The translations under genes were made by a program, and so were the position numbers. A model generated the notes under the pieces. The model searched no databases, was not told where the DNA came from, and was given only the letters and a program-made list of their open reading frames with translations. Below, in pieces: positions 42,246 through 62,532 of a stretch of DNA of 64,000 nt; positions within the stretch are counted from its first letter, which is position 1; the number at the start of each line of letters is the position of its first letter. This stretch comes from the human T2T-CHM13v2.0 reference genome, Homo sapiens. The stretch is taken from NCBI RefSeq assembly GCF_009914755.1, contig NC_060942.1; one strand, given 5' to 3'.

Positions 42246-42444
42246 CTTCAAGTGGAGCACAAGCCAATTTAAAAGTTTAAAAAACTGTAGAGTAGAATAG
42301 CCTATGAAAAATAATTCTGAAGAATATCTTAAAAGGTACACTTTGTTACTCATAACAAGGTTTTAAAAGGACAAGAAGTGGAAGCAACCTAAAAGTCCCC
42401 AAATAGGACATACTTAAGTAATTTTTGATATGTGCACTCAGTAA

Positions 42445-42700
42445 TGATGACAATAATTCTTGACAAGATCTAGAGCATTTACTATATGTCAGGCACACTA
42501 AGTACTTTACATATACTAACACATTTAATCCTTACAATCCTATGAGGTAGAGCATATCATTATTTGCATTTTATAGAATGGGAAAACTGAGACACAGAGA
42601 GGTTAAATAACTTCACCAAGATCATAGAGCCAGTAAGTGGTAGAGCTGGGATACGAACCCAGGCAGTCTGGCTCCACAGTCTGTTTTCTTCACCACTAAG
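42445..42700 (-). mobile_element. MIR
   Basis: Core cattttatagaatgggaaaactgagacacagagaggttaaataactt. Confidence 0.85.
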
Positions 42701-45030
42701 CTATTCAAAAGAATATAATGCAGCCAATTAAAAATGATGGTTATAACGACTATAATAACTTGGAAAAATGCTTATGATATAATGCTAAGTGAAAAAAGGC
42801 AGGATTCAAAATTGTATGTACATATGGTTATGACAATAAAAAAAATTCTTAAAAGACTATAGAAACTAAAACCATTATACCAGATGAATGGTAGCTTTTA
42901 AAAGTAGAGGAATTAAGAGTACTGTTTTCCCTTCTTATTTCTAAATGTTTTGTAATGTTGCTAAATTGTCTTTGTGATTTGAAAAGATTATCTTCAAAAA
43001 ATAACAAGGTTTGATATTAACTATGATTCAACATTTAAAATAACAGTATTGTTTCAGGGGAAAGAATGGAAAAGTAGAAAGTTACTGTTTAAAGAACAAC
43101 AAAATTAAGATTTTTCTTAAGAAAAGGTCTACGTAGTCTATCTAGACTACTTAGAATACTTTTATATCCCTACTCATTCTTCCTTCTATTTTAAGGCAAT
43201 GAGTACTTACTAACACTCATAAGTGTTTAAGAAAAGTAGTCACTTAGGCATGGTATATGGAGGAAAAATATCTAGGGTGATCTAAGCCCAAAACAGTGCA
43301 TTAATATACTATGTCCAGAAAAAAGGAAGAAATATTTCCAGCTGTACTCTGCACTAGTAAGATCATATCTGGAATGCGACGTGAGGGATATTGCCTAGAA
43401 GCAGTGGGTGAAATAAAACAGCAGATTTCAACTCAATACAAGGGAACACACCAATAACCACATTTGTCTAACAGGACTCAAACAGTGAGCTCCACTAATG
43501 AGCATGATTCAGCAGAGGCTGAATGACCACCCACCAGGGATGTTACAGCAGAGAAGCAGTCTAGGCCAGAGATGAGACTGGACTAGGTGACCTCTAAAGT
43601 CCCTAACAATACTTAGATTCAATGATATTATATACCCTGCACATCCAAGAGATTTGAGAAGCATATTTTCTGCCCTTAGTTGCAGTATAGCCTGGAATAA
43701 GTTAACTCACATTTAATAATTATAGAACTTTTTCTAGATTCTACTGCCAAAATTCTGAGTCAGTAGAACTAAGCAAGGTTTGGGAATCTCATCTAAAAAT
43801 AGATTCACTGGTGGTTCTGATGAGCCAGCAAGTCTGGGAACCATTGGGTTATAGTGTGATTCCCCCAAGAGCTTTCACAACCTGTGTCCCAGCTTCCACA
43901 CCAATCTCTCTCCTTACCCTTACCTGGGCCACAGACATCCCTTTCTAGTTCCCACTCCCCAGTTCCCAAACACCATGCCATGTTCATCCTTCCATGGTTT
44001 TGTTCACAATGTTGTTTTCTGCATACTCTTCCTCCTCTTTACCACATGGTAAATTTCAACTCCATCTTTCTAAGCATAGAGTGAATGTCAGCTCATCTAA
44101 ATAACTCTGATATCCTGAAGCAGGCTACTTCATCTATGCTTTTGAAGCACACTCTACATAAATATACTGTAGCATTTAGCACATCCTAACTAGTCACCTT
44201 TGAATGTAGACTATGAGCTTTTTAAGGTTAGGCATTTTTGTATGCTTTAACCAGTAGCATCTCACACTGAATAGAAGCTCAATAAATATCGGCCAAATTG
44301 AATTTAACAAAATATATTTATGGATAATTTAAAAACATGTCACATAACCAATTATAGTCTGTCTCAAAAAGAAAAATTATCCCTAAAATAAAAATGCACT
44401 ATGCCTTTACAGTTTAAGCTCTTAAGTCCTTATCCTTCTCAAAAGTTCCAAGTATAGACTAGACTTTGTACAACTTCTTCATTAAAAACATCACCAGCTG
44501 TGCAAGAATAATGTATAAAGGTAATCAATGAACTCAGGACACACTGAACACTGTTTGACTGAAACTAGACAAGGAATATTACATTGTGGGACTCAGCTAA
44601 CTATGCCTAATGAATGAATGATTAGGCAGCTTGTATAAACATTTAACAAAGTGAATTTATGAACTTAAGTTCATAAAATAGTTTGCCCCTATACTGGGAG
44701 GTGTGTGCCAGTTTTTATAGAAGCATCAAAATAACACATAATGTGAATAATGCTTTACAGATTAAAAAGGAGTTTTCACATATATTATTTGAATTAATCA
44801 AATGAGTATTTTAACCAAATTGGTTAAAGAAGAATGCTGATAAACTAATTTTTTATTTCTTCTTTCTGCATATATTTAACGAGCTCCTATTTTGTGTTAG
44901 GCTCTGTGTACTATGTGCATTGTTTACCCGAAGTCTTCTAAAGCTATCACACACAGCCATTTTAACAGGCTCCTGCCCAGTTTTCCTGCCAGCAGTCACT
45001 TCAAATGGAATCATTCATCTGCAGCTGCTC

Positions 45031-45319
45031 TTTTTTTTTGAGATGGAGTCTTGCTCTGTTGCCCAGGCTGGAGTGCAGTGGCTCGAGCTCAGCTCACTGC
45101 AAGCTCCGCCTCCCGGGTTCACACCATTCTCCTGCCTCGGCCTCCTGAGTAGCTGGGACTACAGGCGCCCGACACCGCGCCCGGCTAATTTTTTTATTTT
45201 TAGTAGAGACGGGGTTTCATCGTGTTAGCCAGGATGGTCTCGATCTCCTGACCTCATGATCCGCCCGTCTCAGCCTCCCAAAGTGCTGGGATTACAGGCG
45301 TGAGCCACCGCGCCCGGCC
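45031..45319 (-). mobile_element. AluY
   Basis: CpG-rich; TSD tgcagctgctcttt on both sides. Confidence 0.95.
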
Positions 45320-45559
45320 TGCAGCTGCTCTTTAGTATGGCACCCAGTGCCCTTTATAAATGGACCTAACCTGCTTCTTTCCTCATCATTCTCATTGTCC
45401 TCTCCTCCTCCTGCTGTACACAATTCTCTAGCTATTCCTTTCTTAGTATGTCTAACAAATTCTTCATACCTCACATTCTAGTTCTCATGTTCTTTTCTAA
45501 AACCTCTCCTGACTCCTTTAGACTGAAGTTTAGAGAGCCATGTTGGCTCTATTCCCTCT

Positions 45560-45740
45560 AACTACACTTCATTCCCACTTCGACCATAGTACTTACACCA
45601 TAGTAAGGCATGCATACATCTGTTTCTTCCATTAGCTCCACATAAGCAGGGGAATATGTTTTATTCACCATTGAATCTCCAGGTCCTAGCTCAGTACCAG
45701 GCACATAGTAGATGCTCAATGAAAATTTACTGAATGAACA
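45560..45740 (+). mobile_element. L2 3' end
   Basis: ggcacatagtagatgctcaat...tgaatgaa. Confidence 0.75.
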
Positions 45741-45966
45741 AAACAACTGGAGAACAAAGGAAGTGCCAAAATGTGCACTGCATAATAGAGATGAGAAATA
45801 AGAGTGAACTAATTCAACTGGGACTTCTTGGCAAAGTTGGGAGTCAGGCAGAACTTGAAGAATAAACAAAATCAGATAGGTGGAGAAGTATGGGGAGAAG
45901 ACGTTTTAAATAAAGCATGTCATGTCCAAGATTACTTTAAACAAAACAAAACGGAACCATACTTAC

Positions 45967-46033
45967 CTTCAGTTACTCCCCCAATAGCAAGAGAAATAAT
46001 AGCTAAAACGTTTTCACATGATGAATGATTTAT
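45967..46033 (-). CDS. THOC1: THOC1 exon 4 (INHSSCENVLAIISLAIGGVTE)
   Basis: 67 nt; TAG| acceptor, AAG|GTAAGT donor. Confidence 0.97.
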
Positions 46034-47243
46034 CTACCAACAGAGGAGAAACAATTTAATTTAGGGGCAAGAGTTCAGACTAAACTCGATTAACAGTAAA
46101 AACATGTACTCTGATATTAAATTGACTATCAGAAATATGGAATACAATATTTCTTATAGAAAACAATATTTTCTAATATGAAGTTACCAAAATTTAACAG
46201 TAACATATAGAATCAATAGTCGTAGAAGTATGTCAAGTAACAGGCAACTCACTCAAAATCCAATGGTCTCAAGAAAATGGTTATATTAGCAAGATGAAGG
46301 CTATAAGCTAATCAAGGACAGAAGTGCTGAAGCCATAACTCAGCCAGTGGCACAGGGCAAAGGCAGGGCTAGGAGAATTAACTACTAATACACCCATGTG
46401 TCTGAGGGGTGGTTTTAATAGAAGGAAGACAGTGCTTAGGTTCTATAAAATCATAATAACCAGCATTTACTGAGTGTTCATTAAGTGCTGTTTTACACAC
46501 AACAACACTGAAAGAACGGTATTTCCCCTCTCACAAAAGAAACTGAAGCACAGAAAAGGAAAAGAACTTGCCCAATGCCTCACAATGGAAAAGTGACTAA
46601 GTCTGAAGAAAAGGAAAGAATCATTTTTTAATCAGACTTGTCTGAGAGAAAGGGACATTGTACTATGGCCAATAGAAGGGAATCTAGCTTTTGGGGACCC
46701 AACCTTTGCTTGACCAAGAATAAACTGTTGAAACTTTTCCTTTCATTCAGGTGCCCCATTATTGGTAAACAAATTCAGATTTTTCATGGTTAGACTTCTC
46801 TACCGAAGTTGGAGAGCCCTCAGTTATTTATGTAAGTTTACTGATGAGGAGGATGCCAGAGGAAAATGAGGGAATGGAATCCCAGCTCCTAAGCTAAATA
46901 TTCTTGGACTAGACCTTTTGCGCCACTACAGGATGTATCACTGCTTATACAGGAAAGTGAGAGAGCCCACCTTCACCTCTAGTTCTTCCTAAGACCTCAT
47001 GTCAACTTTTCTTATCTCACTTGGAGAGGGCTCTTGTCATTTATTAAACCAAACCCTTAAAATGTACCTGTGCTATCAAAATCCTTAGAGAAATCGTATA
47101 GTCATCAAGTCAACTTTTACAAAGCAGAAAGGTTACTCTAAAAAAAGATGTTTAAATATCCATTCTAAGAAAAAAAGCAATTTTTAAATAACATGGTTTA
47201 TTAATTTGTCAGTAAAATTTTAACAATGGAAAAACATACTTAC

Positions 47244-47304
47244 AATTTCTTCTTCTAGAATACCTCTGAAAGCTTGGTCAAGGGTACATTTTTTTTCATT
47301 TTCA
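47244..47304 (-). CDS. THOC1: THOC1 exon 3 (SENEKKCTLDQAFRGILEEEI)
   Basis: 61 nt; TAG| acceptor, |GTAAGT donor; preceded by a 93-nt intron. Confidence 0.97.
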
Positions 47305-47397
47305 CTATTAAAAACAAAAGACATCCTCATTTTTCAAACAGCTCAGGGTATGTATAAAGATTGAGGCAAGTATTTTTCATAGATATCAATGCCTTAC

Positions 47398-47471
47398 CTG
47401 CCAGGTACCTGGCTGAAGGTACTTAACAATGGCTTGATGTTTTTGTTGTTCAAGGCCTCTCTGGTAGACTT
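47398..47471 (-). CDS. THOC1: THOC1 exon 2 (KSTREALNNKNIKPLLSTFSQVPG)
   Basis: 74 nt; TAG| acceptor after a T-tract, CAG|GTAAGG donor; frame continuous. Confidence 0.97.
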
Positions 47472-48440
47472 CTAAAAAAAAATTAAAATGGCAAATAATT
47501 GTAAAGATTTTGCTTATTATTTGCTGAAAAATATATCGTTCATTGATAGTGTATCTTACTAACTAAAAAATGCTTATACCTGGGAAAAATTACCTATCAG
47601 TCATTCTCTCAGTAATCCTTATTCCAATGCTACTTCATGATACGGATCCTCATCACTTTAAATCTGGCAAGAGCTTCCTTGCTGGACTTTTTCATTCTAG
47701 GTGATATTTCTGTCTCTTTAAATATCACATTCATGAGTATTGTGCTTACAAAAAAAAAAAATCTCCATATGGCTCCTTATTTGCCCGTTTTAGTTTTGAA
47801 GCTTCATAGATCCCTCAAGGTCCTTGATAATGTTATCCCAATTTACCCAAACTTAATTCCCAATACTCCCTAACACATACTTTGCACTAAAGTCTAGCCA
47901 TTTTTCATCACTTTATATCAAACTCATTCTACTGTATTCACACATTCATGTTGCTCTTCCTACCTGCTCATCCAAATTCTATCCATTCTCCCACACCCAT
48001 GTCAGGTCTCGCCTCCTGGAGGTATCTTGTTCAGTCCCTGACACGTAGCACTCAATAAAACCATGCTGACAATCTGTAGATTGTTTTAAAGTAATCATAA
48101 CTTAAAGACAAAAATATTGCAAAAGGCATTCATTCTATGAACACTCACATACACTTAGAAAGTCATCTTATTACCTCACAGGAATTAGATCTATCCTAAA
48201 TGTGTCCATTCCTTGCTCTGCCACTAACAGGCTGAGTAATTTGGGGCCTGTTCCTTTATCTCTTTGTGCTTCATTTTCGTCACCAGTTAAATAAGAGGGT
48301 TTTTGTAGATTTTTACTACCAGCAGCAGCTACAGTGGCATCACCTAGGAAGCTGGTAGAAATGCAAAATCTCAGGCTCCCTTCCACACTTACTGAACAAG
48401 AATCTGCATTTCACAAGAAGCTTGAGAAACACTGAACTAG

Positions 48441-48777
<337 letters not shown>

Positions 48778-48915
48778 GCCAATATGATCTTGGATAGTCC
48801 TAACAGTTACTCTTAGCAGGCTTTCAAAGCACCAGAGATTGCAGCAAAACGCACACAAAGAAAATGATTATGATGACATACACAAAATATAATCCATTTA
48901 AAAAAAACCTCACAC

Positions 48916-48975
48916 TGTGTGTGTGTGTATATATATATTATACGTATACGTATATATATGTATATATATATATAT
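48916..48975. repeat. (TG)n(TA)n microsatellite
   Basis: tgtgtgtgtgtgtatatatata... Confidence 0.9.
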
Positions 48976-49904
48976 AACCCTGCAAACAAGAAAACTACTT
49001 ACTACAAAGGATGAATTTTTCTTTCACACAATTTTCATCCTGGCATCCCTATAACTACCAAAACACAGCCGAATATCTGAGAAATGTTGGTGCAAATGCT
49101 AGAGACGAATAGAGTCAGGCAACTTAAAAGTGTTCTTCATACTTACGTTGCTGTGACGAGCAACATAAAAAGAACAGAGTGTCTAAAGTCAGAAAAACCA
49201 CTGAAGTCACAACTTTTTGGGGGGTGTCAGCTTCTACCTCATGTACCAGGAATAACCAACTTAGCCTACTTCACAGTGTTACTCTAATAGTTAAATGAGA
49301 AAGTGATCTGTCAAGTGTTTCCCAAATGCTCAAAACCACCCTTCCACATTGAGCAAGAATAAAATAGCATCTGGTTACCCTTCCCAAGGTGATCTATCTG
49401 CCTTTTCCCGCTTAGGATCTCATCGATCGCTTAGGAGTTAGACACGGTGGGTTAAGGGGTGGTGAAGAGACGGCGGGAACAAGCACTTGGTAGCTCAGAA
49501 GGCTAGGGCGGGAGCCAGGTCTTTGGACTGAAACCACTCCCACCCTCCCCCTTCAGCAGCTCCCCTTCCCCTTCTCGAGACACCTGCCCCACTAAACGAG
49601 CTGAGAGGATGGACCCAACCAGCAGTAGTCTGCAGGTGGGCACTCCAAGCGGGGAGCCGAGGCGCCCAGCACGCAGTCCGGGGACCCGCTGGAGGGTGGG
49701 CGGAGGCGGACGGCCCAGCCCACAAAGAAGAGGCGGGTAGTGCGTCTTTCCCTACCCCTCAACCTCCGACGGGGCCCGGAGCGGACGCTGAGGCGGACAC
49801 ACCTCTGTCTCACTTTACCCCAGGGCAAAATTCGAGTAATTTCAGGGAGAAGAGGACAAAGCATAGCGCCGGGTCAGGCCTGCACCCTCCCCTCTACAGC
49901 TCAC

Positions 49905-49958
49905 CGTAAACCGCGTCCGCGCTTCGGGCAAACTGAAGAGCGGCGGCGTCGGAGACAT
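49905..49958 (-). CDS. THOC1: THOC1 exon 1 coding part (MSPTPPLFSLPEARTRFT)
   Basis: ATG at 49958-49956 in a CpG island; 18 codons then donor ACG|GTGAGC; matches the recalled THOC1 N-terminus. Confidence 0.97.
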
Positions 49959-50003
49959 CTTCTCGGCTGCGCGTGCCCGCCACTGCGCTGCGGCGCCTGC
50001 CGA

Positions 50004-50011
50004 TGACGTCA
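50004..50011. promoter_or_regulatory. Perfect CRE palindrome TGACGTCA
   Basis: Exact CREB/ATF consensus 45 nt upstream of the ATG. Confidence 0.7.
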
Positions 50012-50864
50012 AGCCAGGAGCAACGAGACTGCGGTCTCTCTGAGCCCGGCTAGAGTGGCCTGTGAACACCGGTCGGGCGAGCTGGCAGTTGGGAGTTTCC
50101 CTAGCGACTCAGTTCGGGTGGGCGTTGGGCGCCTGAGTCAGCCAAACAGCCTACTCGGGGTTCTTGGGTAGCCTTTGGGGTGAGGGGACTTGGGCGGCCT
50201 TGGTCTGTAAGCTCTGCGTTCCCGGGCGTGGAAGAGACTGGCCGCGCACATGCGTTTCTGTGGTTTTCCTGGTTTGGGGAAAGCGGGTAAATGGTGGCTG
50301 GTTGCGGCTAACTGGGCCGCGCTAAAAGGTAACCCAAGGCAGGTGGATTACCTGGGGAAACAGCTGGAGCAGTGGTCCTGGGCCGCCAGTCCGCGGTCAT
50401 CCCGGGAGCTTAAGATGCGGAGTGGTGATAGGCTCCGGATGTATGAGCCCTGTGGCTCAAGGGCGCTGTTCTCTCTGCTCCGAAATAGAAATAATACCTG
50501 TCTCACAGAGCTGTTGAAAAGCTCCACTGAAATAATGACCGCAAGTGTGAACTGTAAAGCAATGTAAGTAGTATTTATTATTAAAAGGTCTCTACTGAAA
50601 GAAAGAGACCTAGGAGGAATGCAGTGCCCGGCGCTGATTGGAAAACGGGTGGCGCTGCGTCCTGGGCCGAGGCTTCCCTAGCGAAAACCTTGTCTCCCTC
50701 CATTTCGTCCCTTGCCTGCCTTCCCAGGAGAGACGTGGCCGATAGAAGCCGAGTGGCAGTAACTCTAAGTTGGAGTTACACGGTGGAGAAGGAAGCACTG
50801 ACTCAGACTCGGGTAACTTCCTCTTATTCCCTCACACGTGTATCTTGTTCCCTTCTTCGAAGTC

Positions 50865-52052
<1,188 letters not shown>

Positions 52053-52339
52053 TGCACAATAAGAATACAGGAAGCTAAGGAAAAGATAACTGCAGAATCT
52101 TACTCCTAAGTGGGAATTGTGAACAATAATGACTACCTGAAATGTTACAGGCTTTTTAAGAATCAGCAAGATCATTCAGGTTTGGTTGTATACATTAAAT
52201 TTACAAATTGGCAAAATAAAAATGATTTAATTCAGAATTATACTTTGTTTATCTGATACTAATTGTTGTAATAGGATTATCATATTACAGATGACTATTA
52301 ACCATCTGGAACACAACTAAGACCTCAGAGGCAAGTACA

Positions 52340-52633
52340 TTTTTTTCTTTTCTTAAGAGACAGGGTCTCATTCTGTCATCCAGACTGGAGTGTAGTGGTT
52401 TGATCATAGCTGACTGTATCCTCAAACTCCTGGGCTCAAATGATCCTCCTGCCTCCATTTCCCAAGTAGCTGGGACTAGAGGCATGTGCCACCAAGCTCA
52501 GCTAATTTTTTTATTTTTGTAAGACAGGGTTTTGCTATGTTGCCTAGGCTGGTCTTGAATTCCTGGGCTCAAGTGGTCCTGCCTCGGCCTCCCAAAGTGC
52601 TGGGATTACAGGCATGAGCCACTGTGCCTGACC
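52340..52633 (-). mobile_element. AluJ
   Basis: Diverged dimer. Confidence 0.9.
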
Positions 52634-52898
52634 TGGCACTTTTCTTATATTGCTTCTAGTCCTTACAACAATTTTTTACTTAGTTATATATTAATGAGTA
52701 TACAGCCTCATTGGCTGTAAGTCACATGGCTAGAGAAAGCTAAGTTTGGAATTTGAGCCTAGCTGTCATCCCAAAGCCTGTATTTTTCTTAAGTCTTAAC
52801 TCTTGAATCTTTACCATGGGCCTATTCAATGTTTCAGAAATTATTTCCTTACAATTGGATAAGGGCGAGGACCATAGTGTCATTAATAACAAAACATA

Positions 52899-53202
52899 GG
52901 CCCGGTGCGGTGGCTCACGCCTGTAATCCCACTACTTTGGGAGGCCGAGCCAGCTGGATCACCTGAGGTCGGGAGTTTGAGACCAGCCTGGCCAATATGG
53001 TGAAACCCCATCTCTACTAAAAATACAAAAATCAGCCAGGCATGGTGGCAGGCACCTGTAATCCCAGCTACTCGGGAGGCTGAGTCAGGAGAATCGCTTG
53101 AACCCGGGAGGCGGAGGTTTCAGCGAGCCAAGATCCTGCCATTGCACTCCAGCCTGGGCAACAAGAGCAAAACTCCATCTCAAAAAAAAAAAAAAAAAAA
53201 AA
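52899..53202 (+). mobile_element. AluS
   Basis: Dimer with a long A tail followed by a (GTTT)n tract. Confidence 0.93.
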
Positions 53203-53726
53203 GAGTTTTTTGTTTTTTGTTTTTTTGTTTGTTTGTTTGTTTGTTTTTAAGTGGGTAATAACATCCAGAGGGCAGACATCCAGGAACATGTAACCTTTTC
53301 ACTTATATTTACTGAGCACCTGTTTTTCCTCATGCTAGCTGGTGAAGTAAGATGGACGAAGGACTGCCTCTCTGTTAGGAAATAACTTGCATGGGAGAAT
53401 CTAGGATGGATGGTTTAGATCAGTTCTAGGCATTCACATCTTCATTCCTCTTTTTTTTCCTTAGTGTGGCCTTACTTGAGTTCAGTTTACCATTGGAATG
53501 GTAAGATCTGGGAGGAAAGGACTAAGGATGCAGTTTAATCTGCTTTTCTTCTAGTTCTTATCCTGACTATTGTCTAGGCAGAAGGAAGCTTTTTGCTCCA
53601 TGCTTACTGGTCGGCCACATTAGGATGTTGGATTGCAGGTTTGCCTTTTTCAGCATTTGGGCCCCAGCCATCTCTCCCTTTCTCTCATTTGTAGTTTAAG
53701 TGGATTGAAATAATTATATTTATTTA

Positions 53727-54120
<394 letters not shown>

Positions 54121-54399
54121 AAGGACGGCCCTTTATACTCTAGAGCTTAAATTTTCTTGGAAAAAGAGTAATTTTCATGAAAGCTATGTAGGGAGGCTGT
54201 ATTTTTATAGCATAGTGGCAATTTTCAAGCATTTTATATTGTTGATATTGTACTGTTTGTTCAATATATTGAGTGCTTACTATCTGCCAGGCAAAGGTAT
54301 AATATTATTGAAATATATATGTAGCACTATTTTATTATATTGCAGGTACTGTATATATCATTATCTAGCATATATTGTAAAATCCTGTTTGGTGGGCTC

Positions 54400-55040
54400 A
54401 GTTGGACCACATAATGAGCATAATTCAAGGTGAGAGATGGAATAGTGGGTCAGTTTTTGCCCGGGCATGCCAAGCTTCCCTGCAGGGTTAGTCAAGGGAT
54501 TTGCCTGAAATTCTACCATTGTTTGGCTTGTTCCCCTTTCCTGTCCTGTTTTTCTCTCTCCCTGAGAGTATTATCTTAACAAATCATTTGCTTATGAATT
54601 ATCACCTCAGGATTTGCTTCTGAAGATCCGGATTGTGTTCGTTTGGGTCTACATAGAAGCAGACACAGATACATTACACCATACATTGGATGTGCAAGAG
54701 ATTTACTAAGGAGAGAGCAAGAGCAGGGAGGGAGAACTTGCAGACAGCAGTGCAGGTCTGACACTCACAGGAGGAGAAAAGGAAGGAATGTGGATTGGGT
54801 AAGAAGTTTCTGGGTACAGTGCAATTCCAAGAAAGGGTTGGCTTTGCAAAGAGTCCTGCAGTTTGTCAGAATGGGCCTGTACTAGTACCTTTGCCATCCT
54901 CATTCATTGACTGGGACCCTCAGAAAGCATGGCCTTGGTGCAAATGTGGTGGTTGATCCAGAGGGTAGCAGCTTGAGCTGTCAGTCAACTGTGGTCCCCG
55001 CAGCTGAAGATCTGAGTAGAGCATTATCATGGCCACCACA
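54400..55040. mobile_element. Old ERVL-type LTR remnants (LTR16/LTR33-like), two pieces in opposite orientation
   Basis: ctcaggatttgcttctg and agaagcagacac...gtgcaagagattta terminal motifs. Confidence 0.5.
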
Positions 55041-55191
55041 CTGCCCTAAGATACTAATCATGTAGTAATTTTTTATTTGTATTCAGAAAATATTTTCTTT
55101 GTTTATTCTCAACAAATATATGTGAACCTAGCACTGTGAACAAAGAAGAGTTACTACCCTAATGAGGCCTTTATTCTGTGTGGGAGCAGGG

Positions 55192-55506
<315 letters not shown>

Positions 55507-55544
55507 TAAATAAAAATATAAAAGAATTTTACTATGTGGTAAAT

Positions 55545-55690
55545 GGTAGCATCTACTGAGTACTGTTGTGTGCTTGAATTCTAAGTGCTATTCATTTAAT
55601 CTTCTTTTCAGCCTTATGAGGTAGGTATCCTTTATTCCCATTTTACAGATGATAAAACCGAGGCGAAGTGCTTAAGTAACCTAGCCTCAG
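55545..55690 (-). mobile_element. MIR
   Basis: cccattttacagatgataaaaccgaggc core. Confidence 0.75.
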
Positions 55691-56873
55691 CAACACTCAA
55701 AGTCAAAGAAATGAGAGACTAAGGTAGAGAATACTTGGGTAGTATTTAACTTTAAATAGGGTTGTTAGGAAAGGCCTCTGTGAGGAAGTGATATTTAAGC
55801 AAAAACATAAAGATGTAAAGGAATTAGTTGTATAATCATTTTATGGGAAGGGGGTTTGGCAAGGGAAGGCAAGGATGAGCGCTCCAGGTTGAAGGAGCAG
55901 CATGTGCGATGGCTCATGTTAGGAAGGAGGTCCACCTACTTGGGAACTGACAGGAGGCCTGTGTGACTGGAGGACAGTTAGCAAAATGGAGGGCTGTGCG
56001 GATTGAAGCTGGCGGCAGGGCCACGTGGGTCAGGACTTCGCAAGTCTGGAAGTTCACTCGGCACACAGTAGCCATCTGGAATCTAGTTGAACACAGAAAA
56101 GATTTTGAGAAGTTCTTAATTGTTTTGCATGAACAGTGGAGGATCATTTGCTTTCACTGGTCTCCTTGCTTCCACTCTGTGGAGCGTGATTTCCCTCACA
56201 GGACTGGTGCTTTTTCATTAAATGTTGATGATCATAAGGAAGGCTAAGATTGTTGAGTCCTCATAGCAGGGACTGGGGGACTGCTCAGCACATTTCTCAC
56301 TCCTCCCTTGCCCTTCACCCCTACCCCCTGCCCCCACAACCCCGCTCCATTCTTGTGACAGAACAGGTGTGGGCGTGTTCATTGACTTCCAACCCCCTTC
56401 ATGCATGGCTGATGCATGGGATGTTGCTGTCATGCACGTGTAACTGAATGGAGGGTTCCCTCAGGTGTTCTAGGCAATGGCACGATATTAGAGACGCCCT
56501 GAGGCAGAAAAAAATTGATGCAGCTGAAGTGAAGTGCTGTCAGTTTCACCTGTGTGGAGCTCGTTGCCATAGCAGTGGTTACAGTAAAACTGGGTCCAGA
56601 GGATGTGAACGAGGGCCAGGAGATGTACAATATAAGGCAGAAAAATGGCTGAATTGTTATCATACTCTTAAATAAGGAAAGCCAAAATAAATTGCTTTAT
56701 TGGGTCTTGGCTAATTAAAAAAATAGAGGTTTAAGGATATATTTCTTAAGAACATAAAAGGTAATCATTAGTAGAATCCAAAATAATATGTACACCCCAA
56801 GCTCACTGGAGAAAATGAAAAAAAAGTAGCTCATATAACAAGAGTTAGAACAAAAAGCAGACTACAAAATAAA

Positions 56874-56930
56874 TCTCTCTTTCTCTCTGTGTGTGTGTGT
56901 GTGTTTGTGTGTGTGTGGGAGAGAGAGAGA
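56874..56930. repeat. (CT)n(GT)n(GA)n compound microsatellite
   Basis: Direct reading. Confidence 0.9.
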
Positions 56931-57229
56931 AGGAGAATGTGAAAATATGTGTAAGTACTGTACATGTATGCATGTATATATTTTATAAATTAGAATGGTA
57001 GAAACAAAATCAGACATAAAGCAAAGGTCGATCTAGGCTGATGTTCACACAATTTGGGAAGGGGGGGTCTTTAAGAAGAATAATTAAAAATTACGAATAC
57101 AAAATGAAAGTGAATATTGATTTGGAATGACAATAGAAATGGTGATACATTATGGATGTCACAAATGTTATAAAATCCAGAATAACATTAACTGCCTGAT
57201 ATCTCTCTGTAGTACTTTCTCCCAACATT

Positions 57230-57358
57230 TTGTTTTTTTTAAGAGATGGGGCCTCACCACGTAGCCCAGGCTAGTCTCAAACTCCTGGGCCAAGTGATCC
57301 TCCCAACTTGGACTCTCAAAATGCTGAGATTGCAGGCATGAGCCACTGCACTTGGCCT
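57230..57358 (-). mobile_element. Alu monomer (FLAM-like)
   Basis: Single arm; TSD cccaacatttt. Confidence 0.8.
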
Positions 57359-57879
57359 CCCCCAACATTTTTGGCTGCATATTCTTTGATCACCTCATTA
57401 TATGACAATGATTATATAATATTTTAATTTAAAAGAACCAGAAAGATAATTTAGTATAGTGGATTTTTTATTATTATTATTGATAGTGTAGAAACTGAAA
57501 AAAGTTTCACAACTCACTATTGGGTGTTCCCTATCTGTGACTCCCTCTGCTAGTTCTTGCTCCAGTGACATTTCTTGCTCTGAGAACTCTAGTTCTTTGA
57601 TATTGCTTGGTCTGTCACATGACAGTTGTTACAGCCAGAGCTGGCCTGGCCAGCCATGTCCTCCTGTCTTCGGTTCCCCTTCCTTCCACTGCCGCCAGCA
57701 AGCCAGTCTTCGGTGGGGAGAGGCAGCCTTGAAACTTGAGTGTTGAGCCCTGTGGGGGGAGCAGAGCAACATTTAAAAAATATCTTTGTCTTTGGTGTCT
57801 GGATGCTCAGTGGGGGCCACCAGGGAGAATTTGTCAATGAGGGCCAGGAAGATATAGTAGCACAGGCAAGTCTCTAGAT

Positions 57880-62530
<4,651 letters not shown>

Positions 62531-62532
62531 TA

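Larger units (their letters stand above)
49420..50810. promoter_or_regulatory. THOC1: CpG-island promoter of THOC1, probably bidirectional
   Basis: Abrupt GC- and CpG-rich block around exon 1; GC boxes, inverted CCAAT (CTGATTGG near 50634), AP-1-type TGAGTCA 50134-50140 and TGACTCA 50799-50805. Confidence 0.9.

Noticed and set aside
49959-50069. N-terminal extension of THOC1 suggested by ORF 49842..50069
   Set aside because: It starts at a GTG probably upstream of the TSS region; the ATG at 49958 has a purine at -3 and matches the known N-terminus.
53181-53248. A-tract followed by a T-rich tract, terminator-like
   Set aside because: An Alu tail next to a (GTTT)n simple repeat; bacterial terminator logic does not apply.
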